Positions 1 through 11,694 of a stretch of DNA of 64,000 nucleotides are shown one piece after another. The stretch is from Marinovum sp. (lineage in GTDB: Bacteria > Pseudomonadota > Alphaproteobacteria > Rhodobacterales > Rhodobacteraceae): positions 50,601 through 114,600 of the forward strand of contig NZ_JAXMOR010000002.1 of NCBI RefSeq assembly GCF_034669705.1, in the 5' to 3' direction. Below the pieces are notes generated by a model. That model did not search any database. It worked only from the letters and a program-made list of their open reading frames with translations, and was not told where the DNA came from. Every line of letters starts with the position of its first letter. The stretch's first letter is position 1. The position numbers were made by a program, and so were the translations under genes.

Positions 1-86
1 GGAAAGACTTACGCCTGCGGCGGGAACAAGTCCATTATCGCGCGCCCACAAACTGTCACTCCGATCTGCACAAGTCCCTGTGCATT

Positions 87-169
87 TTTGCAAAAACTCC
101 CCTTGGCCGTGGGAAAGCTATATTTGCAAATATTCCAATCTCCCTGCAAGCTTATTTGCAAATATTCCA
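87..169. promoter_or_regulatory. PccR (ScfR-family) operator array upstream of pccB
   Basis: Perfect TTTGCAAA palindromes at 87-94, 123-130 and 155-162. CCTGCAAG-ctta-TTTGCAAA (143-162) fits the TTTGCAAA-N4-TTTGCAAA PccR site known upstream of pccB in Rhodobacter sphaeroides. Confidence 0.75.
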
Positions 170-229
170 CCTTATCCTTGTGTCGTCGCTGCATCGCAGT
201 ATGGTCTCGCGGAACCAGACAAGGGGCCG

Positions 230-1765
230 ATGATGACCGACATTCTTCAGGAACTCGAAGACCGCCGCCAGGACGCCCGCATGGGCGGCGGACAGAAACG
301 CATCGACGCGCAGCACGCCAAGGGCAAGCTGACCGCGCGCGAGCGCATCGAGCTCCTGCTCGACGAGGAGAGTTTCGAGGAATACGACACCTTCGTCACC
401 CACCGCTGCACCGATTTCGGCATGGAGGACAACCGTCCCGCCGGCGACGGCGTGGTCACCGGCTGGGGCACGGTCAACGGCCGCATGGTCTATGTCTACA
501 GCCAGGATTTCACCGTCCTCGGCGGCTCGGTCAGCGCCACCCATGCACAGAAGATCTGCAAGATCATGGACATGGCGGTTCAGAACGGCGCGCCGGTGAT
601 CGGCCTCAACGACTCTGGCGGCGCCCGTATTCAGGAAGGCGTCGACGCGCTCGCCGGCTACGCCGAGATCTTCCAGCGCAATATCATGGCCTCCGGCGTG
701 GTGCCGCAGATCAGCGTGATCATGGGCCCCTGCGCCGGTGGCGCGGTCTATTCGCCGGCGATGACCGATTTCATTTTCATGGTGAAGGACTCGTCCTACA
801 TGTTCGTCACCGGCCCCGACGTGGTCAAGACCGTGACCAACGAGCAGGTCACCGCCGAAGAACTGGGCGGCGCGTCGACCCACACCAAGAAGAGCTCAGT
901 GGCCGACGGCGCCTTTGAAAATGACGTCGAGGCGCTGGCCGAGGTGCGCCGGCTGGTTGACTTCCTGCCGCTCAACAACCGCGAGAAGCCGCCCGTCCGG
1001 CCGTTCTTCGACGATGTGAACCGGATCGAGGACAGTCTCGACACGCTGGTGCCGGAAAATGCCAACACGCCCTACGACATGAAGGAGCTGATCCTGAAGG
1101 TCGCGGATGAGGGCGATTTCTACGAGATCCAGGAAGAGTTCGCCAAGAACATCATCACCGGCTTCATCCGGCTCGAAGGCCAGACCGTCGGCATCGTCGC
1201 CAACCAGCCGATGGTGCTGGCCGGCTGTCTCGACATCGACAGCTCGCGCAAGGCGGCGCGATTCGTGCGGTTCTGCGATGCCTTCGAGGTGCCGATTCTC
1301 ACCTTCGTCGATGTCCCGGGCTTCCTGCCCGGCACCTCCCAGGAATACGGCGGCGTCATCAAGCACGGCGCCAAGCTGCTGTTTGCCTATGGCGAGGCGA
1401 CAGTGCCCAAGGTGACGGTGATCACCCGCAAGGCCTACGGCGGCGCCTATGACGTGATGGCCTCGAAACACCTGCGCGGCGACATGAACTATGCTTGGCC
1501 CACCGCCGAGATCGCGGTGATGGGGGCCAAGGGGGCGACCGAGATCCTCTACCGCTCGGAACTGGGCGACAAGGAAAAGATCGCCGGGCGCACCAAGGAT
1601 TACGAGGACCGCTTCGCCAATCCCTTCGTGGCGGCCGAGCGCGGCTTCATCGACGAGGTGATCATGCCGCATTCGACCCGCAAGCGGGTGAGCCGGGCGT
1701 TTGCCGCGCTGCGCGGCAAGAAGCTGACCAACCCGTGGAAGAAACACGACAACATCCCGCTGTGA
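230..1765 (+). CDS. pccB: Propionyl-CoA carboxylase beta (carboxyltransferase) subunit
   Basis: [19 protein letters not shown] and DVPGFLPG motifs, C-terminal KHDNIPL; next to pccA and the mutase. Start trimmed to ATG 230/233 after a GG-rich RBS. Confidence 0.95.
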   Translation: MMTDILQELEDRRQDARMGGGQKRIDAQHAKGKLTARERIELLLDEESFEEYDTFVTHRCTDFGMEDNRPAGDGVVTGWGTVNGRMVYVYSQDFTVLGGSVSATHAQKICKIMDMAVQNGAPVIGLNDSGGARIQEGVDALAGYAEIFQRNIMASGVVPQISVIMGPCAGGAVYSPAMTDFIFMVKDSSYMFVTGPDVVKTVTNEQVTAEELGGASTHTKKSSVADGAFENDVEALAEVRRLVDFLPLNNREKPPVRPFFDDVNRIEDSLDTLVPENANTPYDMKELILKVADEGDFYEIQEEFAKNIITGFIRLEGQTVGIVANQPMVLAGCLDIDSSRKAARFVRFCDAFEVPILTFVDVPGFLPGTSQEYGGVIKHGAKLLFAYGEATVPKVTVITRKAYGGAYDVMASKHLRGDMNYAWPTAEIAVMGAKGATEILYRSELGDKEKIAGRTKDYEDRFANPFVAAERGFIDEVIMPHSTRKRVSRAFAALRGKKLTNPWKKHDNIPL

Positions 1766-1820
1766 GCGCCCCGGCGGCACCGCGCGAAGAGACGAAGAGG
1801 GACCGCAGGGCCCCGAGGAG

Positions 1821-2183
1821 ATGCCCGTGAGCAAACCCTGGCACATACGCCGCGACGCTGGCGGGCTGACCCTGTCGCGCCAGCCGGTGGCGCAGTTCGA
1901 CGTCTCGGCCAGCGCCGGGTTCCCGCCGCTGAGGATGCTGCGGCTGGCGCAGATGATTCGTCAGGACATGTGGCGGCGGCTGCAGGGGCTGCGCGGCTTC
2001 TCGCCGGTGGTGCAGGTGCGCCGCGGCGACGACGGGCTTTGCGTCACGGCCGGTGGCGCGGTTGCCGGTCGGTTTCCAAAGGCGCACACCGAGGCGCAGA
2101 TCGACGCGCTTCTGCACGACCCGGCGCTGCGCGCCCGCTGGCAGCGATGTGCCCTGTTGACCCATGGGAAAGTTCTGGTATGA
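1821..2183 (+). CDS. Hypothetical protein (~120 aa)
   Basis: GAGGAG RBS (start may be GTG 1827); stop overlaps the next start (ATGA at 2180-2183); resembles the conserved Rhodobacteraceae ORF after pccB (recall). Confidence 0.7.
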   Translation: MPVSKPWHIRRDAGGLTLSRQPVAQFDVSASAGFPPLRMLRLAQMIRQDMWRRLQGLRGFSPVVQVRRGDDGLCVTAGGAVAGRFPKAHTEAQIDALLHDPALRARWQRCALLTHGKVLV

Positions 2184-2671
2184 CCTTGTGCGACATCAAG
2201 TTCAATGCGGCGCGAGGGGGACCTGAACGCCGCGCAGCCCCACCGGGAGGAGCCCGGAAACGGGGGTGGGGCTGCCACTTGATTTTCCCTGCGATTGCAA
2301 TGCTCTGGGCCAACAGCCTGCCGGCGGCCGCCAGCGATCCGTCGCGTTTCGAGGTGCCGTCTGGCCTGCAGGTCTCCCTGCAGGAATACCGCGACGAGAC
2401 CGAGACCCCGCTGGCGATCTTCCGCGCCCGATTCGTGGTGCCGGATCTCGAACAGGCCTCCGAGGACATGGAATCGGTTTTCGCCGACATGGAGCACCTG
2501 TGCGCCGAAGTGGCCCTGCCCGAGCTTGAGCGCCGCGGTCTGCCCGCCCAACGCATCGTCATATCACTTAGTTCCAAGCCGCTTGAATTCGGCACCATCG
2601 CACCCGACGTGGCGCAGTTCTTCGAGAGCTATGCCATCGAGGATGCCATCTGTATCTGGGAGTTGTTCTGA
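2180..2671 (+). CDS. Hypothetical exported protein, DUF6497-like
   Basis: Coupled ATG at 2180 in frame with ORF 1970-2671; hydrophobic segment then VPSG..., RARF, DMEHLC, FFESY...CIWELF, which I recall from DUF6497. Confidence 0.65.
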   Translation: MTLCDIKFNAARGGPERRAAPPGGARKRGWGCHLIFPAIAMLWANSLPAAASDPSRFEVPSGLQVSLQEYRDETETPLAIFRARFVVPDLEQASEDMESVFADMEHLCAEVALPELERRGLPAQRIVISLSSKPLEFGTIAPDVAQFFESYAIEDAICIWELF

Positions 2672-2885
2672 TGCGGCTACTATATCTTGCGGCGTCCGCG
2701 CCGAGACCGCCCAGAAATGCGGCTTTCGCGCCACATGCCGGCAACCGCGTCGAAAAGCCGTATATTTTCGGGCGGTTATTCACTAACGTTAAGGCGGGTT
2801 ACACCCAAGTGACCTTACCTTTGTGTCGGCATGGGGCCTCGCTGCGTGCGCGGATCCATGCCGTTGTGACTGACAGGAGAACTTT

Positions 2886-3029
2886 ATGTCCAAGAGCATC
2901 AAGCTCATCGCAGCACTTGGCCTCTTCACCGCTGTCGCGGCTTGCTCGCAGCAGCAGGAAGAGGAATACATCGTTGTCGATCCGGCACCGATTTCGGTCG
3001 AACCGGTCTACACCGGCAAGTACAAGTAA
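2886..3029 (+). CDS. 47-aa small lipoprotein (not in ORF track)
   Basis: AGGAGA RBS at 2875-2880; MSKSIKLIAALGLFTAVAAC-SQQQEEEYIVVDPAPISVEPVYTGKYK*; lipobox VAAC. Confidence 0.85.
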   Translation: MSKSIKLIAALGLFTAVAACSQQQEEEYIVVDPAPISVEPVYTGKYK

Positions 3030-3039
3030 CTTACCAACG

Positions 3040-3061
3040 GGACAGGCCCCCGGGCCTGTCC
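3040..3061 (+). terminator. GC hairpin after the lipoprotein gene (terminator or stabiliser)
   Basis: GGACAGGCCC-cc-GGGCCTGTCC, 10 nt after the stop; weak U tail. Confidence 0.5.
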
Positions 3062-3110
3062 TGCTTGCGCCCGCCGCGCACCGGCCCCTCGCAGGCCAGG
3101 AGGGCGCGGC

Positions 3111-3470
3111 ATGATCAAGCATCGCGGTTTCCCCGGCCGCCTTCCCGGCACCGATTTCCAGTTCACCGTTCGCCGCCCCAACCCAAAGGGCGCGACGCCG
3201 ATCATCCGGCGCGAGCGCTACCGCGACCGCCGTGCCCCCGACCGGCGCGCCGACCTGTGGTTCCTGGCCGCGCTCTGGCAGAACTTCGGCCCCGAACCCT
3301 TCGAACGCGGCAACCTCGACGCCGGCCGCCTCAGCTGGCTCTTCGGCCGCGAGGTGCTGCCCTATGACGATCCCTTCGATCCCAAGGACTACGAGGCCCG
3401 CCTGATCATCGACGAAGAGGCCGCCCGCGCCGCCTTTCCAGAGGCCTTCGACGAGGGCGCGACCTGGTGA
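3111..3470 (+). CDS. Conserved hypothetical protein (119 aa)
   Basis: GGAGGG RBS; protein-like composition (FQFTVRR, ERGNLDAGRLSWLFGREV); in the pccB-pccA interval. Confidence 0.75.
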   Translation: MIKHRGFPGRLPGTDFQFTVRRPNPKGATPIIRRERYRDRRAPDRRADLWFLAALWQNFGPEPFERGNLDAGRLSWLFGREVLPYDDPFDPKDYEARLIIDEEAARAAFPEAFDEGATW

Positions 3471-3783
3471 TGAGCGCCTTTCTGCCAAGGATCGCGACAA
3501 ACACGCGGAGCTCTGCCGATCGCCGCGCCACTGCGCGACAGCGCTTGGCAGCGGGCCGCAGCGCTCGCAGTGTCACCGACATAACCGTGTGGTCGGGCTG
3601 CCAATCGTTCCCGATCGATCACCGTTACCCTTTGACCTGCGGGCGGTATTGCGTGTCCCCTGCGCAACCGCCCGCGTCTTTTCCCCCGATCGCTCCGCCG
3701 CTCACAGGCCTGGACCCACTCTCGACGCATGTGCTGCGGCCGGGCCGGTCCGCCGATGTCAGCCCCATCAAGAAGGACACCTC

Positions 3784-5829
<2,046 letters not shown>

Positions 5830-5919
5830 TCGCGCGATGGCAATGCCGGGCTGGACAGAGGTGACAGGGCACGGCGGGGCGCAGGTGCGGCCCGCCATGG
5901 TGCGCGTCCGGCTGCCGGG

Positions 5920-6516
5920 TCAGCCGCCAGTGCGGCGGTCGCGGATTTCCTGCTGGCGCAGCGGCAGCTTGTCGATCGACCGGGTGATCTCGCGCACCGA
6001 CCAGGGGAAGGGCTTGCGCAGGTATACCGATCCGTCCTTGCCGATCAGCACCAGCATGAAACCGCGCGGCCGCAGCTTTTCGCGCAGGGGGGTAAGCACC
6101 GAGGCATCGGTGTCGGTGAGCACCACCACGTCGCGCTGCGCCAGATCGTCCAGCCGCTCGCGCAAGAGGTCCATCTGCTGGTTGAATCGCGGGTCGGCCG
6201 GGCTGTCGGCAAAGACCACCACCGGGCGCTTGAGCCAGAGGTATTCCTCGAGCTCATGCACCCCCGCCGGCTGGATCACCGGCACCTCGACCGGGACGCC
6301 TTCGGGCACGCCCTCTTGCACGGCCTCTGGCGCGCCCTCTGGCAGGGTCTCTGGCTGGGTCTCTGGCTCCGCATCGGGCGCCACGGCCTCTTCGGGGCCT
6401 TGCGGCCCCTCCTCGGCCGGCAGCGGCCGGGTCTGGGCCACAGCCAGTTCCTGCGCCGCGACGCTGCTGGCAGCCGCGGCAAGGATCATCGTCAGAACGC
6501 GGTACATCTGGGCCAT
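5920..6516 (-). CDS. DUF4174-like exported protein with Pro/Glu-rich linker
   Basis: GGAGG RBS, signal peptide, then RPVVVFAD...LIGKDG...IDKLPLRQQE typical of DUF4174. Confidence 0.75.
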   Translation of the reverse strand: MAQMYRVLTMILAAAASSVAAQELAVAQTRPLPAEEGPQGPEEAVAPDAEPETQPETLPEGAPEAVQEGVPEGVPVEVPVIQPAGVHELEEYLWLKRPVVVFADSPADPRFNQQMDLLRERLDDLAQRDVVVLTDTDASVLTPLREKLRPRGFMLVLIGKDGSVYLRKPFPWSVREITRSIDKLPLRQQEIRDRRTGG

Positions 6517-6644
6517 GGGTCCTCCTTGTACCCAGCATATAGGCATTAGGCATCTGATTACGACTGAGAATGGCGTGAGCCCGCGCCAATGCAACCGATT
6601 TTGCAGGCGCGCATGCTGCCCTGCCGCAAAGAAAGGACAAGGCG

Positions 6645-8774
6645 ATGAGCCAGACCAAGGATGACTGGAAGGCATTGGCGGAAAAGGAACTGCGCGGCCG
6701 GCCGCTCGAGGATCTGACCTGGAAGACGCTGGAAGGCATCGAGGTCAGCCCGCTCTACACCCAGGAAGACACCGCCGGGCTGCCGCATATGGGCACCCTG
6801 CCCGGCTTTGCGCCCTTCACCCGCGGCCCGAAGGCCACGATGTACGCCGGCCGGCCTTGGACGATCCGGCAATATGCCGGCTTTTCGACCGCCGAGGAGA
6901 GCAACGCCTTCTACCGCCGCAACCTCGCCGCCGGCCAGCAGGGCGTCTCGGTCGCCTTCGACCTCGCCACCCACCGCGGCTATGACAGCGACCATGCGCG
7001 CGTGGTGGGCGATGTCGGCAAGGCCGGCGTGGCGATCGATTCGGTCGAGGACATGAAGCTGCTGTTCGACGGCATCCCGCTTGATCAGGTCTCGGTCTCG
7101 ATGACGATGAACGGCGCGGTGATCCCGATCCTCGCCAGTTTCATCGTCACCGGCGAGGAACAGGGCCATGACAAATCGGTGCTCTCGGGCACGATCCAGA
7201 ACGACATCCTCAAGGAGTTCATGGTCCGCAACACCTATATCTACCCGCCGGAACCCTCGATGCGGATCATCTCGGATATCATCGAATACACCTCGAACGA
7301 GATGCCGCGGTTCAACTCGATCTCGATCTCCGGCTACCACATGCAGGAGGCCGGCGCGAACCTTGTGCAGGAGCTGGCCTATACCCTCGCCGACGGCCGC
7401 GAATACGTGCGCGCCGCGATCGAGGCGGGGATGGATGTCGACAAGTTCGCCGGAAGGCTGTCGTTCTTCTTTGCCATCGGCATGAACTTCTTCATGGAGG
7501 CCGCCAAGCTGCGCGCCGCCCGGCTGCTCTGGCACCGCATCATGACCGAGTTCGGGGCCAAGAACGACCGCTCGAAGATGCTGCGCACCCACTGCCAGAC
7601 CTCCGGCGTGTCCCTGCAGGAGCAGGACCCCTACAACAACGTCATCCGCACCGCCTATGAGGCGATGTCGGCCGTCCTCGGCGGCACCCAGTCGCTGCAC
7701 ACCAACGCGCTGGACGAGGCGATTGCCCTGCCGACGGACTTTTCGGCCCGCATCGCGCGGAATACCCAGCTGATCCTGCAGGAAGAGACCGGGGTGACCA
7801 ATGTGGTCGATCCGCTGGCCGGCTCCTACTACGTCGAAAAGCTCACCCATGACCTGGCCGAGAAAGCCTGGGCGCTGATCGAGGAGGTCGAGGAAATGGG
7901 CGGCATGACCAAGGCGGTGGCCTCGGGCATGCCGAAGCTGCGTATCGAGGAGACCGCCGCCACCCGCCAGGCGATGATCGACCGCGGCTCAGAGGTGATC
8001 GTGGGCGTCAACAAGTACCGCAAGGACAAAGAGGATCCGATCGACATTCTCGACGTCGACAACGTCAAGGTGCGCGAGAGCCAGATCGCCCGGCTCGAGC
8101 GGATCCGCGGCAGCCGCGACCAGGCAGCCTGCGACGCGGCCCTGGACGAGCTCAGCCGCCGCGCCAAAGAGGGCGGCAACCTTCTGGAAGCGGCGGTCGA
8201 GGCCGCGCGTGCCCGGGCCAGCGTAGGAGAAATCAGCATGGCGATGGAAAAGGTATTCGGACGGCACCGCGCCGAGGTGAAGACCCTCGCCGGGGTCTAT
8301 GGCGCGGCCTACGAGGGCGACGAGGGCTTTGCCGCGATCCAGAAATCGGTCGAGGAGTTCGCCGAGGAGGAAGGCCGCCGGCCGCGGATGCTGGTGGTCA
8401 AGATGGGTCAGGACGGGCATGACCGCGGCGCCAAGGTGATCGCCACCGCCTTTGCCGATATCGGCTTCGACGTCGACGTCGGACCGCTGTTCCAGACGCC
8501 CGAGGAGGCCGCGCAGGACGCGGTCGACAACGATGTGCATGTGGTGGGGATCTCGTCGCAGGCCGCCGGCCACAAGACGCTGGCGCCGCAGCTGATCGAG
8601 GCGCTGAAGGCCAATGATGCGGGCGACATCATCGTGATCTGCGGTGGGGTCATTCCGCAGCAGGACTACGATTTCCTCAAGGGTGCCGGGGTGAAGGCGA
8701 TCTTCGGGCCGGGAACGAATATTCCGACCGCGGCGCAGGATATTCTCCGGCTGATCCGTGAGGCGCGGGGCTGA
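6645..8774 (+). CDS. scpA: Methylmalonyl-CoA mutase (B12-dependent)
   Basis: [16 protein letters not shown]12-binding [10 protein letters not shown] motif; AAGGA RBS. Confidence 0.95.
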   Translation: MSQTKDDWKALAEKELRGRPLEDLTWKTLEGIEVSPLYTQEDTAGLPHMGTLPGFAPFTRGPKATMYAGRPWTIRQYAGFSTAEESNAFYRRNLAAGQQGVSVAFDLATHRGYDSDHARVVGDVGKAGVAIDSVEDMKLLFDGIPLDQVSVSMTMNGAVIPILASFIVTGEEQGHDKSVLSGTIQNDILKEFMVRNTYIYPPEPSMRIISDIIEYTSNEMPRFNSISISGYHMQEAGANLVQELAYTLADGREYVRAAIEAGMDVDKFAGRLSFFFAIGMNFFMEAAKLRAARLLWHRIMTEFGAKNDRSKMLRTHCQTSGVSLQEQDPYNNVIRTAYEAMSAVLGGTQSLHTNALDEAIALPTDFSARIARNTQLILQEETGVTNVVDPLAGSYYVEKLTHDLAEKAWALIEEVEEMGGMTKAVASGMPKLRIEETAATRQAMIDRGSEVIVGVNKYRKDKEDPIDILDVDNVKVRESQIARLERIRGSRDQAACDAALDELSRRAKEGGNLLEAAVEAARARASVGEISMAMEKVFGRHRAEVKTLAGVYGAAYEGDEGFAAIQKSVEEFAEEEGRRPRMLVVKMGQDGHDRGAKVIATAFADIGFDVDVGPLFQTPEEAAQDAVDNDVHVVGISSQAAGHKTLAPQLIEALKANDAGDIIVICGGVIPQQDYDFLKGAGVKAIFGPGTNIPTAAQDILRLIREARG

Positions 8775-8826
8775 GGCTGGGAGGGGCGCGAGCCCCCCGC
8801 TCGGTCTGCTTGGTCGGATGTCGGAG

Positions 8827-9067
8827 GAGCGGGCGCGTGCGACTGTGAGCTTTGGCGCGCGGGGCCGGCGTCGGCGCGAGGGGGGGCCAGCCCCCCGGCC
8901 TGCGGCCTCCCCCTGGAGGTTTACTCGACAAGATGAAGGGGAGCGGAGGCGTGCGACTGTGAGCTTTGGCGCGCGGGGCCGGCGTTGGCGCATGGGGGGC
9001 CAGCCCCCCGGCCTGCGGCCTCCCCCCGGAGGTTTACTTGGCAAGATGAAGGGGGAGCGGGGGCGTG
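8827..9067. repeat. 114-bp tandem repeat (2 copies + fragment) containing repeat family B
   Basis: GCGTG(C) recurs at 8835, 8949 and 9063; GAGCGG at 8827, 8941 and 9055. Confidence 0.9.
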
Positions 9068-9098
9068 TGGGTGCGGGCTTTGGTGGTCTGGGCCGGCG

Positions 9099-9794
9099 TC
9101 AGCGGTGCGCCTTGCGCCAGCCGGCACGGCGGGCCTCGGCCTCGGTGCAGAACCAGCGTTCGCCCTTCTGTAGTGAGATTGCCGTTCTGGCGTAATCGCG
9201 CTGTCCCTCGACGTGGAAGATCCGCTCGCCGCTGGACGCGATGTTGCCCTTGATCGTGCAGCCCGCCCGCGTCGGCACCACCGGCTGCACCCTGGCGCGC
9301 TTCTGGCTGCGGAAGGCCTCGGGGCGCAGCACCACCGAAGTCCAGAGGCCGCGTCCGGCGGACAGCGCGCGGGCCTCTTGCGGGACGTAGCGGGTCGAGT
9401 ATGTCTTGTAGGCGAAGGCCAGGCCGGCGCTGACCAGCGCTTCGCCCACGTCGGTGCCGCCCAGGTGACAGGTGGCGACGATGCGGCCGTAACGGTCGGT
9501 GTCTTCGCGGGTGCAGCGCAGGGTCTTGCCGTCAAGCCAGGTGGCGACCTCTCGGGTCACCTCGCGGCCGCAGGGCCAGGTGCCGCGCGACGGGTGGCGG
9601 CAGGTCTGGTCGCGCTCGACCGAGTCGATGCCAAAGAGGCGGATGCGTTTGCCCCCCACATCGAGCGTGTCACCGTCGATCACCCGGACAAGGCCCGAGA
9701 TCTCTGCCTGTGCCGCATGCGCCACAGGCAGAGCGATGAGCCCGGCGCAAAGCGTGCCCAGAAGAAGCACAAAGGGTAAACAAAGTCTTAACAT
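9099..9794 (-). CDS. Secreted thermonuclease (SNase-like) with C-terminal ExoI-like Cys/His domain
   Basis: Signal peptide, DGDT and DRYGR motifs, C-terminal CTIKGNI...FH...GERWFCTE...GWR. Confidence 0.88.
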   Translation of the reverse strand: MLRLCLPFVLLLGTLCAGLIALPVAHAAQAEISGLVRVIDGDTLDVGGKRIRLFGIDSVERDQTCRHPSRGTWPCGREVTREVATWLDGKTLRCTREDTDRYGRIVATCHLGGTDVGEALVSAGLAFAYKTYSTRYVPQEARALSAGRGLWTSVVLRPEAFRSQKRARVQPVVPTRAGCTIKGNIASSGERIFHVEGQRDYARTAISLQKGERWFCTEAEARRAGWRKAHR

Positions 9795-9802
9795 CTGGTT
9801 AA
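9788..9802. promoter_or_regulatory. CtrA-type box TTAA-N7-TTAA
   Basis: TTAA-CATCTGG-TTAA overlapping the nuclease start codon; a second TTAA-N6-TTAA at 9839-9852. Confidence 0.6.
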
Positions 9803-9856
9803 TGTGCGGCGGAAGACCCGCCGGCACAAGGTGAAATGTTAAGAAAGGTTAAGCGC

Positions 9857-10900
9857 TCAGAAGGGCATCGGATGGGCGCGGTTGAGCGCGTCGATCTCCT
9901 TGAGCAGCTCGTCCGACAGGGTGATGTCGGCGGCGTCGAGCGCGTGGTCGAGCTGCGCCAGCGTCGTCGCGCCAAAGATCGACGACGCCACGAAAGGCCG
10001 CTGCACGGTCCAGGCCAGCGCCATATGCACCGGGTCAATCCCGTGCTTGTTGGCGAGGGCGACATAGGCATCGGCCACCGCCAGCGCCCGGTCGCCCTGG
10101 CGCCCGCCCATGTCGGGGTTGATCGACATCCGCGAGGCCTCTGGCACCGCGCCGCCGCTGTACTTGCCGGTCAGGTAGCCGCAGGCCAGTGGCGAGAACG
10201 GCAGCAGGCTGACCTCTTCATTGCAGCACACCTCGGCCACGTCGGTATCGGCCAGGCGGCACATCAGCGAGTATTCGTTCTGCAAGGTCGCCACGCGCGG
10301 CCCGCCAATGCGGTTCGCCGCCTCGATCCACTGGGTGGTGCCCCAGGCGCTCTCGTTCGACATGCCGAAGGCGCGGATGGTGCCGCGCTCGACCTCGCGC
10401 TGCAGGGCGCCGAGGCAGTCCTCCATGTCGGCGATCACCGCGGCGCGGTCCTGGCCAGAGGGGTCGTAGCGCCAGTTCTTGCGGAACATGTAGGAGCCGC
10501 GGTTGGGCCAGTGGAACTGGTAGAGGTCGATCACGTCGGTCTTGAGCCGCTTCAGCGAGCCCTCGATCGATCGCGGAATGGTGGCCGAGGTGATCGGTCC
10601 GCCGTCGGGCGACTGGTTCGAGCCCTCGCCCAAGTGCTTGGTGGCCAGCACCACCTCTTGCCGGCGGCCGCTGGCGGCGATCCAGTCGCCGATGATCGCC
10701 TCGGTCAGGCCGGTGGTCTCGCGCGTCTTTGGGTTGACCGGGTACATCTCGGCGGTGTCGATGAAATTCACCCCGCGCTCGAGTGCGCGGTCGATCTGGG
10801 CATGGGCGGCCGCGGGTGGGGTCTGGGTGCCGAAGGTCATCGTCCCGAGGCACAGCTGCGACACCTCGAGGCCGCTGCGGCCGAGCTTTGTCATCTTCAT
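9857..10900 (-). CDS. Aldo/keto reductase (Tas-like)
   Basis: LCLGTMTFG, DTAEMY, LATK, DLYQFHWP, LQNEYSL motifs. Confidence 0.9.
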   Translation of the reverse strand: MKMTKLGRSGLEVSQLCLGTMTFGTQTPPAAAHAQIDRALERGVNFIDTAEMYPVNPKTRETTGLTEAIIGDWIAASGRRQEVVLATKHLGEGSNQSPDGGPITSATIPRSIEGSLKRLKTDVIDLYQFHWPNRGSYMFRKNWRYDPSGQDRAAVIADMEDCLGALQREVERGTIRAFGMSNESAWGTTQWIEAANRIGGPRVATLQNEYSLMCRLADTDVAEVCCNEEVSLLPFSPLACGYLTGKYSGGAVPEASRMSINPDMGGRQGDRALAVADAYVALANKHGIDPVHMALAWTVQRPFVASSIFGATTLAQLDHALDAADITLSDELLKEIDALNRAHPMPF

Positions 10901-10992
10901 GGTTCATGTCCCCTGTTCAGTTGCGCCGGAACCTAACGCGCGCGCCGGAAAGTTAAACCCCGGATCGAACCGCCCGGTCGTCGCCATGGCCC

Positions 10993-11020
10993 TTGAGAAC
11001 ATAGCGCGAACATTTACAAT
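10993..11020 (+). promoter_or_regulatory. Sigma70-type promoter overlapped by an alphaproteobacterial LexA (SOS) box
   Basis: TTGAGA (10993-10998)-N16-TACAAT (11015-11020); GAAC-atagcgc-GAAC at 10997-11011 is an exact GAAC-N7-GAAC. Confidence 0.8.
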
Positions 11021-11026
11021 GGCGGC

Positions 11027-11650
11027 ATGAGTCGTCACCACGCCCTTCTGACCCGCGCGCCGCACCGGACGCGCCCTGCCCTGTCGGTGATGGGCGAGCT
11101 GTCGTTTTCGCAGATGCGGGTGCACGAGCTCTGCGGCAGGGCGCGGCGCACGCTGGCGGCCTGGGTCGCCGGTGCGGTGCAGGCGGCCGGGCCCGGACCG
11201 GTGATCTGGGTGGCGCCGGCCTGGGAAAAGGACGCGCTCTTTGGCCCCGGCCTGGCCGCGCTCTGTGCGCCCGAGCGGTTCCTCTTCGTGCATCCGACCC
11301 GGCCCGAGGATGTGCTCTGGACGCTGGAGGAGGTGCTGCGCTCCGGTGCGGCGCCGCTGGTGGTGGGCGATCTGCCGGGCCTGCCCAGCCTGACGCAGGT
11401 GCGGCGCATGCATCTGGCGGCCGAGACCGGGGCCGAGGCCTTTGGCGGCCGTCCGCTGGGGCTCTTGCTGACACCGGGGGCCGAGGGCGGCGCGCCGGGG
11501 GTGGAGAGCCGCTGGCGGCTCGATCCGGCGCATGCACCGGAGGCGCCGGGCTGGCGGCTGACCCGGCTGCGGGCGCGCACCGCGCCGGTGCGTGACTGGC
11601 AGGTGCGACAGGGCGCAGCCGGGCCGGAACTGGCCGCCGCCGCCGGCTGA
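11027..11650 (+). CDS. imuA: ImuA-family RecA-like mutasome protein
   Basis: RVHE, VIWV, EDVLWTLEEVLRSG, VRRMHLAAE, ESRWRL motifs; upstream SOS box supports the call. Confidence 0.75.
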   Translation: MSRHHALLTRAPHRTRPALSVMGELSFSQMRVHELCGRARRTLAAWVAGAVQAAGPGPVIWVAPAWEKDALFGPGLAALCAPERFLFVHPTRPEDVLWTLEEVLRSGAAPLVVGDLPGLPSLTQVRRMHLAAETGAEAFGGRPLGLLLTPGAEGGAPGVESRWRLDPAHAPEAPGWRLTRLRARTAPVRDWQVRQGAAGPELAAAAG

Positions 11651-11694
11651 CCGTCGCCTGAGCGACGACCGGCACCGACACCAAAGCAGGCCGG

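Noticed and set aside
2776-2802. CtrA-like TTAA/TTAC sites upstream of the lipoprotein gene
   Set aside because: No pair has N7 spacing; only half-sites.
8841-8849. GACTGTGAG shared by the 114-bp array and the reverse strand of the 205-bp core
   Set aside because: A 9-mer match is plausible by chance and the flanks do not align convincingly.
10902-10918. GTTC...GTTC as a second LexA box
   Set aside because: Spacing is 9, not 7.
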